Source: Octopus sinensis (taxonomy: Eukaryota). From it: a stretch of DNA of 64,000 bases. This document shows, in pieces, positions 10,625 through 24,333 of this stretch. The notes under the pieces are model-generated. The model was not told where the DNA came from, made no database searches, and saw only the letters and a program-made list of their open reading frames with translations. The stretch spans positions 27,652,001 through 27,716,000 of the forward strand of contig NC_043007.1 in NCBI RefSeq assembly GCF_006345805.1, given 5' to 3'. A program made the position numbers and the translations under genes. Each line of letters starts with the position of its first letter. Position 1 is the first letter of the stretch.

Positions 10625-10752
10625 ATTTGATTAAAAGCAGTGATTCTAGTGAATGCTTCAATTAACACAACGATCGTTTCGGCTAACATCTGCTCCTACT
10701 CTGATGCATTTGTGTATGTGCGTATACATATATATATATATATATATATGCA

Positions 10753-11146
10753 AGAGTGACTGTTTGGTAAGTACCTTCCTTACCAACCTCATGGTTTCCT
10801 TCCGGTTTCAGTCCCACTGCATGTCACATTGGGCAAGTGTCTTCTACTATAGTATGGGGCCGTCGAAAGCCTTGTGATTGTATTTGGTAGATGGAAACTG
10901 AAAGAAGCCCGTCGTATACACATATCTATATATGATGGATGTTTGTGATTGATCCCGTTGGTTCCTCATCATTACTTGACATCCGACGTTGGTGTATTCA
11001 CCTGCCTCTAACTTAGCAGTTCGGCAAAAGAGACGGATAGAACAATTACTAGGCTTACAAAGAATAAGTCCTTGGGTCGATTTACTTAAGTAAAAGGCGG
11101 TGCTCCAGCATGGCAGCAGTGAAATAACTGAAACAAATAAAAGAAT
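10753..11146 (+). mobile_element. SINE family B (tRNA head, GGCGGTGCTCCAGCATGG tail)
   Basis: TTCAGTCCCACTGC..TTGGGCAAGTGTCTTCTACTATAG body; tail shared with 19200-19400, 25465-25612, 54560-54770. Confidence 0.85.
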
Positions 11147-11587
11147 ATATATATTTGAGTCTATTTTCACACAAATACCTGCTTGCATGTGTGGTTCTGT
11201 GAGGGGATAGTGGTTCCGGTTTCGCACTCAAGGTTGTTAAATTATAGCTTCGATTCCTGGGCCGAGAAATGATGTGTCATAGAGCGAAACACATTATTTC
11301 ACGTTTCTCACGTCCAGTCATCTCCAAAAGACTTATAAATCTGCATCAGTCCAGCGTCCTGTGCAATGGAGGAATATATTTGCGACTTTACCTGGGAAGC
11401 CAAGGTCGGCTTCCCAGGTAATGTCACAAGGACTCAGGGATGACGTTTGCTATATATGTATTTAGATACATACATACATGTACATATACATACATACATA
11501 CAAACACATGCATATGTATATATATATATAGATATATATGTGTGTGTGTGTATGTGTGTGTTGTGTGTGTGTGTGCGAGAGAGACAG

Positions 11588-11604
11588 TGTAGATAGATAG
11601 ATAG

Positions 11605-11655
<51 letters not shown>

Positions 11656-11672
11656 GATAGATAGATAGATAG

Positions 11673-11739
<67 letters not shown>

Positions 11740-11770
11740 ATAGATAGATAGAGATAGATAGAGATAGAGA
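11588..11770. repeat. (GATA)n microsatellite
   Basis: Direct reading. Confidence 0.95.
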
Positions 11771-12291
11771 GGCAGGTGGAGAGTAATAGAGATATCTTCT
11801 TTTATTAATGATGTACATATGAATTTCTTCCTAGCAAGGGATAACTTAATATTATATCTTCAGTGAGGCGATACCATTTCGTCACATAAGTTGGAGAAAA
11901 AGACTACCCCACGTATTATCTTTATTCTTCAATCACCTCGTGTACCAAAAGCATAATGTACTAGAATCCATGTTTAAATCATTTTTAATTGGGTTCATTA
12001 TTCATTCCTCAATGTATTTTCTACCAGATTATATCATCTGAATATTTCTATGCATTTTGGAATGCATTTTTGGATATTGTACATATTTTTTATTACATGA
12101 ATCCGTATTACATGTGTCTGTTTATGTATATATGTATGTATGTATGTATCTACCTATCTATCTATGTATCTATCAATCTCTCTTTCTCTCTCTCTCTCTC
12201 TCTCTCCCTATCGATCTATTCATCTCTCTCTATATATATATATATGTGTGTGTGTGCGTGTGTATGTGTGGTGTGTGCATGCGTGTGCACA

Positions 12292-12375
<84 letters not shown>

Positions 12376-12553
12376 ATATATATATACGTGTGTATGTGTG
12401 TGTGTATGCATATATAGAAACATATATCTACACAATATATATACACATACAAACACACATGTATATATATATATACATAAGGATGTACGCCTCTTATTCA
12501 TTTGTTCTGATAAATGTGTATGCACATGCCTGTGTATATATATACACACATAT

Positions 12554-12605
<52 letters not shown>

Positions 12606-13144
12606 GTGTGTGTGTGTGTATGTGTATGTGCGTATGTGTGTGTCAGTGTGTGTATGTATATATATATTGAAACAGGGAGCACAAGAGGTTACCAGAGAAA
12701 GATAATCAGAACATATGAGATTTGTTGTGTAAGAGTGTCTTGTATTTTGCTCGGGATTTCTTAGATTACAGAAAAACCAATAACTTCCAACCGCCAGTAT
12801 TATATTATACTTACATATAGCTATTTTCTCTTCTAGTTTATGTTCCTACACAGCAATGACAGAAGTTCTCTACAGAAGCAAGTCATCACTAATTCCTTAT
12901 GACTAACAACAACGATAATCTACCTGAGATTTATGAAATACGAGCCAAGAATGCGTGACTATATCCTCGTCCGAGGACATACCATTTATTAATAATATAT
13001 GTTTAAAGGAGTATGTTGCACATTTTCACTAATGCCTAAGCAATTTAATATTTGCAATGTCACAAAATAGCTTTATCTTAAAAACTACCGGGATAAAAAC
13101 CCTCTTTGATCACAAGTGTACACAAAATTGTACCAAGAACGTTC

Positions 13145-13420
13145 CGCTCCTAGGCACAAGTCCGGACATGGTTGTTTATGGAAGACCAGCAGTCACCCAT
13201 GCATATCAATCCCTCCTTTCCATGCCACTGATGTTGTCGAAGGGAAAGGCAGAGGCTGATACAGCTTGGCACCAGTGATGTTGCAATTCATTTTTACAGC
13301 TGAGTGGATTGGAGCAACGTGAAATAAAGTTTCTCGCTCAAGAAAACTACACACATTCACTCCAGGAACCCAACTCACAACATCATGATTGCAAGCCCGC
13401 TACCGTAACCACTGAACCAA
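13145..13420 (-). mobile_element. tRNA-derived SINE, same family as 5785-6060
   Basis: GCTGATACAGCTTGGCACC and TGGAGCAACGTGAAATAAAG motifs. Confidence 0.75.
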
Positions 13421-14419
13421 GTGCCTTAGCAAAACTAAAAGACAGTCATTAAGATGAATGATTAGGCTGTGCATAGGTTCGATCCACGGATTGGAAATGT
13501 GCGGTACATTTTGTGAAAAACCATTTCGTTTCACATTTGATTCATCTGTAAGCATATGATCCTGCGATGGACTGGTTTCCTCTTTCAAGGGGAATGCCTT
13601 GATCTCAGTCACTTACCCCAATGTAAACAGCGTAACCAACCTGATGAACCCCCAGAACAGAGCTCGAATACGTACATTATAAGACGAATATCACATCTTG
13701 TAATATCTAAATCGTGCGGATATTTGTATTTGGATGCCGAGGGAATTGTGGTTTTGACCAGTTTAGGACGTTTACCGAATGCTAACATATCGACTCAACT
13801 CCGTTACACAGTCCTATTCAAGGAGATGTGATCACGTTTAATGTGTCAGAAATGAGAAGAAACCAAAAGCTTGCAGGCGTCTCTATATGATAAGGCCCAC
13901 GTGCATGAGATAGCAATCAAATCATTCTTCACTAACAGTCTTTAAAGATAAAAAAAATATTTATATCTACTATAGGCTGAGAGTCGGAAATTTCAAGGGA
14001 GCCTTTTGTCTATTACGTTGTCCCTGTGCTAATTTTAGAAACTACGAAGGAACAAGAAAAATGTCGAGCTCCTCAAACAGTAAGGCCGAAGCAATGACGC
14101 TTTGAAGTTTATCCAGCGTGCATTTCGCTATCTTGAAAAGTGGAAATATTTTTGAGATGTAGTTTTAGATATATTTTCAAAGACCTTATGGACACAATTG
14201 CAGTGTTTTTGGACATTAGTCAGCTTTCTGGGTTGATCTGGATTTACGTAACAGCAACGGTTAGTTTATCATAGGGTCTTGTAATCAAATCAAATTCTTT
14301 ACGTTAGTAGTGTTTAGTAATAATCAATAATCATTATTTAATCTGTTGCCCCAGCATTTATTTAACATGAGTCCGCTGCTCTAACCACTGGGCCATCTAC
14401 CTCCACATACATATATATG

Positions 14420-14735
14420 CTTTTCTACTCTAGTCACAAGGCACGAAAGTTTTGGGGAGGGGCCAGCCGATACACCAGAACGCAACTGATACTTAATTTA
14501 TCGACCTCGAAAGGATGAAAACCAAAGTTGGCTTCGGCGGAATTTGAACTCAAAACGTAAAAACCACATATTCATACATGCTTTCCTACACTAGAAACAA
14601 GGCTCGAAATTTGGGGTGGGGGGATCCAATCGATTAAATCGACCCCAGTACGCAAGTGGTATTTACTTTATCGACCCCGAAAGGATGGAAACCAAAGTCG
14701 GCCTCGGAGGTATTTGAACTCAGAACGTAAAGACC
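14420..14735 (-). mobile_element. Two tandem SINE family A copies
   Basis: CGAAAGGATG..CGG..TTTGAACTCA..ACGTAA occurs twice. Confidence 0.8.
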
Positions 14736-15029
14736 AAATATTGATATATGGACGTAGGTTACTCTCTGTATTTTTACTGCATTCTTTTTCTGGTTTTTTT
14801 TTTTGTGAATATTCTAGTACACGGTCAGATATATTTTCCGTATCTTTCTTTCTTTCTTTCTTGCTTTATATCTTTCTTTCTGTCTTTCTTTCTTTCTTTT
14901 ATTCTTTCTTTCTTTCTTCTCCACTTTAATTCTTTCCAATGTCATTTGAATCAGTACGAAAAATATCTTTAACTTAGAGTTTCATTGGTTTTAATTGCCG
15001 CTCCATTCTTCCTCTGCATCTTTTGTTTA

Positions 15030-15130
15030 TCGTTTTTGAAATTTGAATAAATTCTACCTCTTTTCCATTCACAAGACGATGGAGTGCCAAGTAGAAGACA
15101 AAACACATTTTCAAAACCACAAACTTATTT
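15030..15130 (+). mobile_element. Mariner 5' remnant
   Basis: ATGGAGTGCCAAGTAGAAGACAAAACACATTTT = MECQVEDKTHF, resembling a mariner start (MECQVxKxEHF). Confidence 0.5.
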
Positions 15131-15605
15131 GACAATCCCAGATATTTTGCATTTTCTTCGAATTCTTTCGCTTTTCTTTTGCATACATCATTCTTCGTTG
15201 CAGAGGAACGGAGTGTGGTGTAATGTAAGGCTCCCACAGCGATGTGTGAGACCAAATGCATCACAGTAATTTATTTACCAATATTTGTTTCACTACCAGG
15301 TCGAATTCTTACAGAGGTCAGTTCTTCCATTCATTACTTAAATTTCGATCAAAAGAGAAAACAAACGAACAAACAAACAAACAAAAAGAAAACAAGGAAC
15401 GAAAAGGGACCAAATGTAATCTGGGATCTCTCCCATTGATTCTTTGGTTTTTTTTATTTTACTTAATTTGAGCCAAAAGAAAAATCAATATAACACTCTT
15501 TCACTTACTCATATCTACTCTCCTTCATCACATGATATACGCATAATCGCACTTTCGCAAACAAACATAAACATTTAGACACATACACACAGATAGCAAA
15601 TACAA

Positions 15606-15664
<59 letters not shown>

Positions 15665-16269
15665 TATATATATTATTATATATATATATATATTATGTAT
15701 ATATATATGTATATATATGTATACATATGTGTGTGTACTATATATATATATATTTACGTGTATATTATATATATATGCATATATATGTATATATGTGTAT
15801 ATATATATATATACATATATATGTATGTATATAAATATATATATACACATACATATACATATATATGATGCAACATAATCACGCGTATAACACTTCGCAT
15901 ACTTCCCCACCATTTATTATATATATTTTTTTTATTTTATGTTTAAATCTCTGTTTCGTACATATTCTTCGATATCTGCCCTTTTCTTTTACTGTTTTTC
16001 TGAGTTATTTTTCTTTGTTTTCTTCCAATCACACCCAACACCCTTCTTTTCTAATTGTTAACGAATCCCTCCCTCCCCTCACACACTAATGCACACTAAC
16101 ACATCTACTCCCCCCATCTCTCATCACTCGCTTGTTACCACTCTTAGTCAAAACCAGTATTGAACTTCTTCAATACACACATACTCCTATTCCCTCGTAC
16201 TACCACCTCTGTGGTCTGTGGTCCTTCTCTCTATCCATCTATCTGCCTATCTTCATATACATACATACA

Positions 16270-16333
<64 letters not shown>

Positions 16334-16878
16334 TATACATATAACAAATAAAATATACATACGTATATGCATATATACATACATATATATATATATATTT
16401 ATATTTATATATATTTAGTTTATATATTTTATATATATATTTCACTTATATTATGTATATTTATATATATAGTCTCTATGTCCCTTTCTCTCTCTCTCTC
16501 TCTCTCATACACAAACACACTCACACAATCTCTCTCTCCCCCTCTTTCTCTCTCTGTCTCAAATACAGAAATAAAGAGACTCGTTCTGTCTCTCTCTTTC
16601 CCTCTCTCTCCCTCTCGCTCTTTCTCTACTGATTTGTTTCCAATTTCCTTCCCCCACACTTATCTAACACACTATTTCATCTCATTCAACCATTACTCTC
16701 TTCCATACTTACCCTCACCACTACCCCTCCCTCCCCGCATCCTCACCACCTTCCCATCATCCACTCCATGTTTCTATGACTCAGCAACAATCCATTTTAT
16801 TCTTTCCCTCCATATTCGCGCTCAATTCTTTACATCTCTTCAGTCCACTCAACTGCCCAGCTACCATAAACCAATGCA

Positions 16879-16910
<32 letters not shown>

Positions 16911-16911
16911 T

Positions 16912-16953
<42 letters not shown>

Positions 16954-18664
16954 GCATGCACGCACGCAGATGGACTTTCTGCAACCACCGTTTTTCTTTG
17001 GCTCTTCCTGCTCCCAATTTCTTCTATAAGATTAACCATTGTCCCGCCGAGCCCTCACCATCTTCCCTCGGTTTCTCATTCTCCTATTCTTCCATGCGTC
17101 ATTTTATGTAAATATCACTCAATATATTTATATAAACTCAAAAGATTAACCTAGCGATTGGCTGTTTCTTGGGAGAAGCAGAGAAAGGTTGCGACTGCGC
17201 AGAAAAATTAAAACTAAAAACCCTCCCCCTTTTAAAGTATTATTGCAACGCAGTAAATGATTCGCTGTTTATGAATCTCCAATCACGTGTTATTGCCCGA
17301 TAGGAAAACTAACAGCCTTAATTGAAATTTCAAACAATGAACGACAATCGAAGAAACCACCCACCCACCCTTCTCTATCTGTTTCCCATTGTAATGCTAA
17401 AATCATTCTTCTTCTCTAGTTTTCCGTCTCTAATCAGAATGGATGTCATCGGAACTTGTAAATACCTGGTTTCGAAGATATCCGTAAGTATAATCAGCAT
17501 TATTAAATTCGGTTCTTCTGAAAGTTCTGTCATTATGCTACCCGCTCAGAAGGCATTCTCTTCCACCCTCTCTAACCTGTCCCCTTCCAAACCATACCTC
17601 AAACTTAAGATTAAACCATTCCGTCTTACCTCCTACATTCTTTAAACGAAATATAATTTAGCCAATCTTCCCACATTAATTTCAGACCAGCATCTCATTA
17701 GATTGCCTGTCCCGCCTCTTCTAATTTGCAACAATTGAAATTCAACATTTCATTACATTATTATATAAAGGTAGAAACCACATAAGCTCTGTGGTAGTCA
17801 GTAGAAATAATCACCAATTCTCCCTCAAGTGATATTCTGAGATCTTGAAGTATCACATGCTGAATAGCGTGATTTGATCTGTGGTGAGCCGTGGTTAAAA
17901 AACGGTTTGGCGGTTTGATTGCGGTTAGGTTTCCATTGGTAACAGATTTGCTAAATCTTACTAAACCACAAGCTAAAATTAAAAGTTATATTCACCGCTA
18001 ATGAGTTTTACAACAAAATATTGCCGTTTCTATGTAACCCAATAAAAAACACCCCACTTAATCTGAGTTTTCAAGTACTTACCTTTTGTCTTATTTTCAG
18101 GCAAAGTCTACCTAAGACTTCCAGTAAACAGATAAATTTCTTTATTTATGACTGGAAGATGAGATCTGAGGAGGATTTAGCTGCTCCTCGTTGCAGGTCA
18201 AACAACCAGGTAGCAAACACCTTCTTAGCAAGTAGGCTTAAGTCGAGGAATGACACGCCCGCTCAGCAACAAAATAAATAAATACATTAACTAACTAAGA
18301 ATGTAATCAATTAGCTTAGTAGCTAATTGAAAACTTCCTCTGAAACGTAAATAATTAACTGCAATCAATTCACTAATTAATGGAGTTTCTTTTTCTTCCT
18401 CTGTCTTTGCTATAAACTACGCAAGTAATTTACTATTTGACAACAACAAACTTGCTAACCAAACAAGGGAGCTTATCCAATAAACCAGGGAACGCTGGGG
18501 ACCAGTGATTATTTTGTCTTCATTTAGCGTTGTTACAAGGGCAAGGCAACCTTTTAAGCTCAATGCACCATGCGAGAGATTAAGATTCTTTGAGGGACAT
18601 TTCAGAAGATAAAAGAAGCATTGATCACATTCCTGGCGGTAGAAATAATATAATGCTTCCCTAA

Positions 18665-19400
18665 TACACAATTATAGGTTCGATCCCACTCCGTGTCACC
18701 TTCGGTAGGTGACTTCTACTATAACCTAGGGTCGGCCAAAGTCCTGTGAGTAGATTCGGTAGACGTAAGCATATGTGTGTTTGTGTGAGTGTCTGTGTAT
18801 GTGTGTGCGTGTCTGCTTGGCCTTGTGTCTGTGTGTCTGTGTGTGTGAATGTGTGTCTGTCTGCTTTGCGTGTATGTGAGTGTGTGTTTGTGTCTGTTTG
18901 GTTCTGTGTGTTTGTGAAAGTGTGTGTGTGAGTGTGTATGTGTATGAGAGTGCTTGTGTCCGTTTGGCTCTGTGTGTGTGTGTGTTTGTCTGACTGGTTT
19001 TGTGTGTATGTAAGTGTGCTTCTGCTTGGCTTTGTGTGTGTGTGTGTGCGTGTGTATATGTATGTGAGTGGTTGTATGTGTTTGGGTTTGTGTGTGTGTG
19101 TGTCTGGTTTTGTGTGTATGTAAGTGTGTGGCTGCTTGGCTTTGTGTGTGCGTATGTGTGTGTGTATCAATGTGTGTTTGTGTGTGAATCTGTTTCGCTT
19201 TGTGTTTGTGCCGCTCCACCTCTTGACAGCTGGCGATGTTTGTCTACATCGACGTAACTTAGCAGTCTGGCCAAAGAGCCCGAAAACATGAGCCCGAAAC
19301 TCTTAACAAAATAAAGACTAGGGTCGTTTCATTCGACCAAATAACCATGTGAGGGGCTGCCCCAGCATGGCCGCAGACAAATGACTGAAACGGTAAACGA
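18665..19400 (+). mobile_element. SINE family B split by a (TG)n expansion
   Basis: Head/body at 18665-18775; tail (TAACTTAGCAGT..CCAGCATGGCCGCAG..TGACTGAAAC) at 19200-19400. Confidence 0.75.
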
Positions 19401-19764
19401 TTGATGAAATATGCGTTTATATGTGAAAGTATGTTGAATAACATTCTGCTTGTGTGTTTGTTTGAGTGTATGCGTGTGTATGCTCATGCGTGTAAATATA
19501 TATGTGTGTGTGTGTGAGTGTGTGCGTGTGTGTGTATACATATATGTATGCGTGTGTGAATGGCATACAATCTTTATAAAGCTTTTCTGTGAGATCTCTG
19601 GGGTGGAGGCCGCAGGAAAATATCAATTAGATGCGTTTGTCATATTCTGGAACCAACTCTCTATGGAAGTTCCCATGGGTGGATAGCTTTTCGAAATAAA
19701 GATCAGGAGCTTTGCTTATTAAAATTTGATATCCGTAATTACAATTATCTTTGCTAAATGATAT

Positions 19765-20095
19765 TGCTCGAAATGTTCCGCCATGTTGCTATTTGCTGCG
19801 GAATATTATCTCTTCCATATTTTTAAACTAGCGAGTCTACCATACCGCAAATAAGATCATTACACCGTTATATCATGCGTCATACAACATTACAGAGAGA
19901 ACATTACATATATCTGAAAAATGGACCGCCATTTGCTCTAAATGTTCCGCTATTGTGCTGTTTGTTGATATAGTCTCTTCCAAATTTTTTTAACTAGCGA
20001 TCGTTCCATATCACATACCAGATCATTACACCGCTTTACCGTACACCACGCAACATTACAGAACGAACATTACATACATCTGAGAAATGAGTGAG
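19765..20095. repeat. Diverged 169-bp tandem dimer
   Basis: AAATGTTCCGC at 19771 and 19940; AGATCATTACACCG and CAACATTACAGA in both units. Confidence 0.85.
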
Positions 20096-20841
20096 CAAGT
20101 TTACAGCAGTGCTTTATATCACGCGATATGTTACATATTTGAACTGTGTTTTCGCACCCGTTGACTATGAAGTGCATATTGTTCACTGTGTAATTTTCTT
20201 TAATTAACGATATACAGAACACATTTAAAAGGAGGGCCCCCTACGCATGAATACACCTAACATATTCCAAACGTCATACCATATTGAGTGTTTGGTCAAT
20301 GGTTCCGATGAAGCTATAGGATATTGCACCAGCACGTAACTCGTGTTCACTGCTTCGTATACCTGAAACATCTGTAAGGTAAGGAAGTTGTATTAACTTC
20401 TGAATCTATTTTAACAGAAACTTAGAATTACAAAGTCACAGAAAAAGACAACATCGGATTTAATTCAAATTATCGTCTCTGAATTTTCAATGGGAAAAAA
20501 CAATGTTTTGCGGATGATGAGAGGGATTTTTTTTCATTTTTTTTTCGCCATCAAAAGATGCGCCGTGGTTAGTTAAAATAGTGTGTCTGGTGTCGGGACA
20601 GTATTAGAGAACATAAGATTTGGTATTCCGTCTTTCTTAATCCTTTATTTTAATGAATATTATGTAACGATTTGGTTGTGTGAATGTAACTCGAACGACG
20701 AGCACCTATGTTATACTTACATGGCCACTCTCTCTCTTTCCTTCTCTCTCATTTTCTCTTCTCTTTCTTTCCCTCTTCTCTCCTTTTCATTCGTTTTATA
20801 CTCTGATATGATATGGGATATAGATACATATATATATACAT

Positions 20842-20930
<89 letters not shown>

Positions 20931-21134
20931 ATATATATATTATATGTGTGTGTGTATAGAGATAGATAGATAGATAAATAGATAGATGGCTAGCTAACTA
21001 CATAGATAGAGAAATAGATGATCTATAGATAGATAGATAGATAGATAGATAAAGATTACAAATTTGATAATATCCACTACAAGCTTAGACACTCACACAC
21101 ACACACGCGCATGCACATATAAACATATACGAAG

Positions 21135-21181
<47 letters not shown>

Positions 21182-21754
21182 AAAGACAGGGAGCAGAATT
21201 AAGTAAATACATTACAAGAACTCAAAGCATGACGTTAATAAACACAACGAAATCCTTATTGGGCAGACAAAAAAATAGCATTTTCTGCTGTTGGCAGGTG
21301 AATAAAACATTGTGTAGGAGTTGGCAGTTGGTTATTTTGGCCACGTTATTTGACCGCAGGTTATTTCAACAATATTCTGTATTAAAAATCTGAACAAGAA
21401 AACAAAAAATATAATAAAATCAAAAAAAAAAAAGAGAAGGAATCTACCTTTCATACTTAATACTCTACACTGGTAGTTTGTAACTATAACCTTTGTTATG
21501 ATTTCTGGGTTTCATTGTTACCAAGAGAGCATAGGGAGAATGGAAAGAAACGGCTGAAATTGTTTATACGATATTTAGTTATACCGTCTTACGTATATTT
21601 CGTTAACATTAGGTTAATAGGTATACAAAATCATATAATCCAGATGTAATGTCAAATCGTCAGAGCGGGACGGGTAACTTTTATATATAATATTTATTGG
21701 ACGGGAAAAAAAGAGAGGATTTTCCTAAGGTATTCTTCTTCTGCTTCTTCTCCT

Positions 21755-21846
21755 GGTCAGAGCCTGGACTTGAACTCGGAATCTTGGGGTTAGAATCCTG
21801 CACTCCTAACCACTACGCCATATGCCCGTGGGCATATGACGTAGTG
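21755..21846 (-). mobile_element. tRNA-derived SINE head with a short foldback copy of its 5' end
   Basis: Minus strand GGGCATATGGCGTAGTGGTTAGG..GAGTTCAAGTCC; CACTACGCCATATGCCC-GT-GGGCATATGACGTAGTG hairpin. Confidence 0.7.
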
Positions 21847-21874
21847 ACCTGAATAATAATAATAATAATAATAA

Positions 21875-21936
<62 letters not shown>

Positions 21937-22010
21937 TAATAACAACAACAACAACAGCAACATTGAAAAAATACCTTAGGAATGAGAACCCAGGTTCAAA
22001 ATGTCCGCAA

Positions 22011-22056
22011 GACGCCTGATAAAGGCTGAAGGGTATATCAGCCAAAACGTTGTGTT
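22011..22056 (+). ncRNA. Minimal hammerhead motif, catalytically decayed (repeat family 4)
   Basis: gacgc-CTGATAA-a ggctga agggtata tcagcc-AAAA-cgtt-gtgtt; helices intact, G8 and G12 are A. Confidence 0.65.
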
Positions 22057-22119
22057 AACAACCAACAAGATGAGGACAAATATCCGTCGAATGTAAATAA
22101 TGTAAATAATGTACATAAT

Positions 22120-22404
22120 GTCATCAAAGGCCAACTAAGATGGAGCGGCCACGTAGTTAGAATGACTGACGAACGACTTCCCAAACAGATCTTCTACTCC
22201 CAACTCAAAGACGGCAAGCGTACAAAAGGAGGCCAGAAGAAACGCTACAAGGACTCCCTGAAATCGAACCTCAAAAAGTATGACATTGACTTCACTAACT
22301 GGGAGAAAACGGCAAAAAACAGACCACTCTGGAAAACCACCATCCATGAGGGAACGGCGAATTTCGAGTCGAAAAGGTCTGCAGAGCTGGAGGAGAGAAG
22401 AAAA
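22120..22404 (+). mobile_element. RTE/BovB-type LINE ORF2 fragment downstream of the RT domain, stop-free
   Basis: VIKGQLRWSGHVVRMTDERLPKQIFYSQLKDGKRTKGGQKKRYKDSLKSNLK..WEKTAKNRPLWK. Confidence 0.9.
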
Positions 22405-23237
22405 CCAACTCTCAAAACCAATTCGAAGAAGAAAGGACATTTTCTAAGTTATGACATCATATTTGACCGTCTCTCTGTGAAGTTGATTAATAAAAAAAAA
22501 AGAAGCAAAAACGAAAGGATATGAATGATTAAACTACTGGTTTTCGCTGAAACTTGAAACCTTGGTTACGCAGTGGATAGGGCTTTACGTATAACTCTGG
22601 AGATCTCTCTCGTTTAGCAACGAGGATAATATATCAACGGACGTTTCTTTCCTTCGGTCAAGTGTCGAAATGAAATTGCTTAAAAGAAAATTTCTTTCTC
22701 AGTTCTTATTTGTTGCCTCTGCATCTTTAACGAGTTTGCTGTTGTTATCTCTTTACTGTTTTTGTTGTTCATTTAGTTGTACTTGTTGTTGTTGTTGTTG
22801 TTGTTGTAGTTGTAGTTTGGGAGGTTTTATTGGTAACGTATTATTTCCTGCTAGAAATACAAGCGGCGCCATCTTTAGTCGATAGAGGTTGCGCGGTCAA
22901 ATCATGTAATTAGTAGACACACGTCGTTCTTGCTCTCTGTATGCATGTTTGTACGGATGTCAGAAGACGAGTATGCGCGCATGCGTGCGTGCGTACGTGC
23001 GTGCGTGCGTGAGTGCGAGTGTGTATGTAAATATACATACATGTAGATTCGCATTATGTGTGTATGTAAACCTTTGCAAACATCGTTAAACGCGCGTTTA
23101 TGTGTGTGTGTGTGTGTGTGTTTATAGATAGATACTAGGATGGCTTGATAGAATTATCTATATATCTATCTATTGATTTACACACACACAGATGATTTGT
23201 GCGCGCGAAAATGCATCCATATATTTATATACTTGCC

Positions 23238-23277
<40 letters not shown>

Positions 23278-24295
23278 GAGAGACACACGTCCCATGCACG
23301 TGCACAATCATGCACACTTGCGCACGAGTAGTATTGATATGCTTTTTGTGTGTGCTACAGTTTACTTGTAGTTGTGTGTGGTTGTATGAGATGGATGCAT
23401 TCTATGAAGAAATGTGCCAATTACTTCCCTAAATGAACACCATTTTCGATTATGTCAAACACACACGCGGCCGGCTTGCCTCTATCGCTGCATAGTTACA
23501 GAGAATAAACTGACTCATAGATGCTGGACCAAAGTCACCTTGCTATATTTAGTACATGGCAACAAAATGGACTGTTTGATACTCCCAGAAATTTACAATC
23601 ATTTAATTGATATATTTGCTAGACTTTTTCATAATGTGTTTGAAGTTAGATTGAAAAGTTTCTCTTACACCCCTAATTCTTTCGAAAAATATTTGGCAGT
23701 TTTGATGTTCCATTTCTAAAGACAAAGGTAATTATTATATTGTAATTTTTTAACTAACATTACAAAGAGATTGACAGAATTATTAACACATTTATTATCT
23801 TCACTTTGACACACGGAGATTATCAATAATAAGAAGCTGAATAAAATTCTTCTGATACAAATCGAAATCACATTACGGACGCAACTTTATAAGATTTCAT
23901 TTCTCTCTTTACGTACGATGATGCAAGTATCGCTCTGAATAACTTAAAACATTAACACAAAGTTACAGTTACATTCGATCAATTGTCTACTCATGGTGTT
24001 TATCGACTTAGGCGAAGGAGATGAAGGACTACAAGACTTACTCACGAGATATGCATTTAGTTTGTGACAGAGAGAGGCTTAGCAGTAAGGGCATTCGGTT
24101 CATGGTCAGAAGGTCCGTGAGTTCGATAACCGGCGGTGGTGCGTTTTGTCTTTGAGCAAGTTTATTTCACGTTGCTCCAGCGCATTCAATTGGCAGAAAT
24201 GAGTTACAACAATCCCTCGTCTATCGCGGGTGTTACGTTCCAAAATCCCCCGCGATACGTGAAATGCTGCGAAGTAGAAACAGTACTGTAATATG

Positions 24296-24327
<32 letters not shown>

Positions 24328-24333
24328 TATATA

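Noticed and set aside
13641-13675. CTGATGA followed by GAATACGT
   Set aside because: No helix I or II pairing and no GAAA; probably chance or unrecognisably decayed.
14974-15264. 96-aa minus-strand ORF
   Set aside because: It overlaps a mariner remnant on the opposite strand; no recognisable protein.
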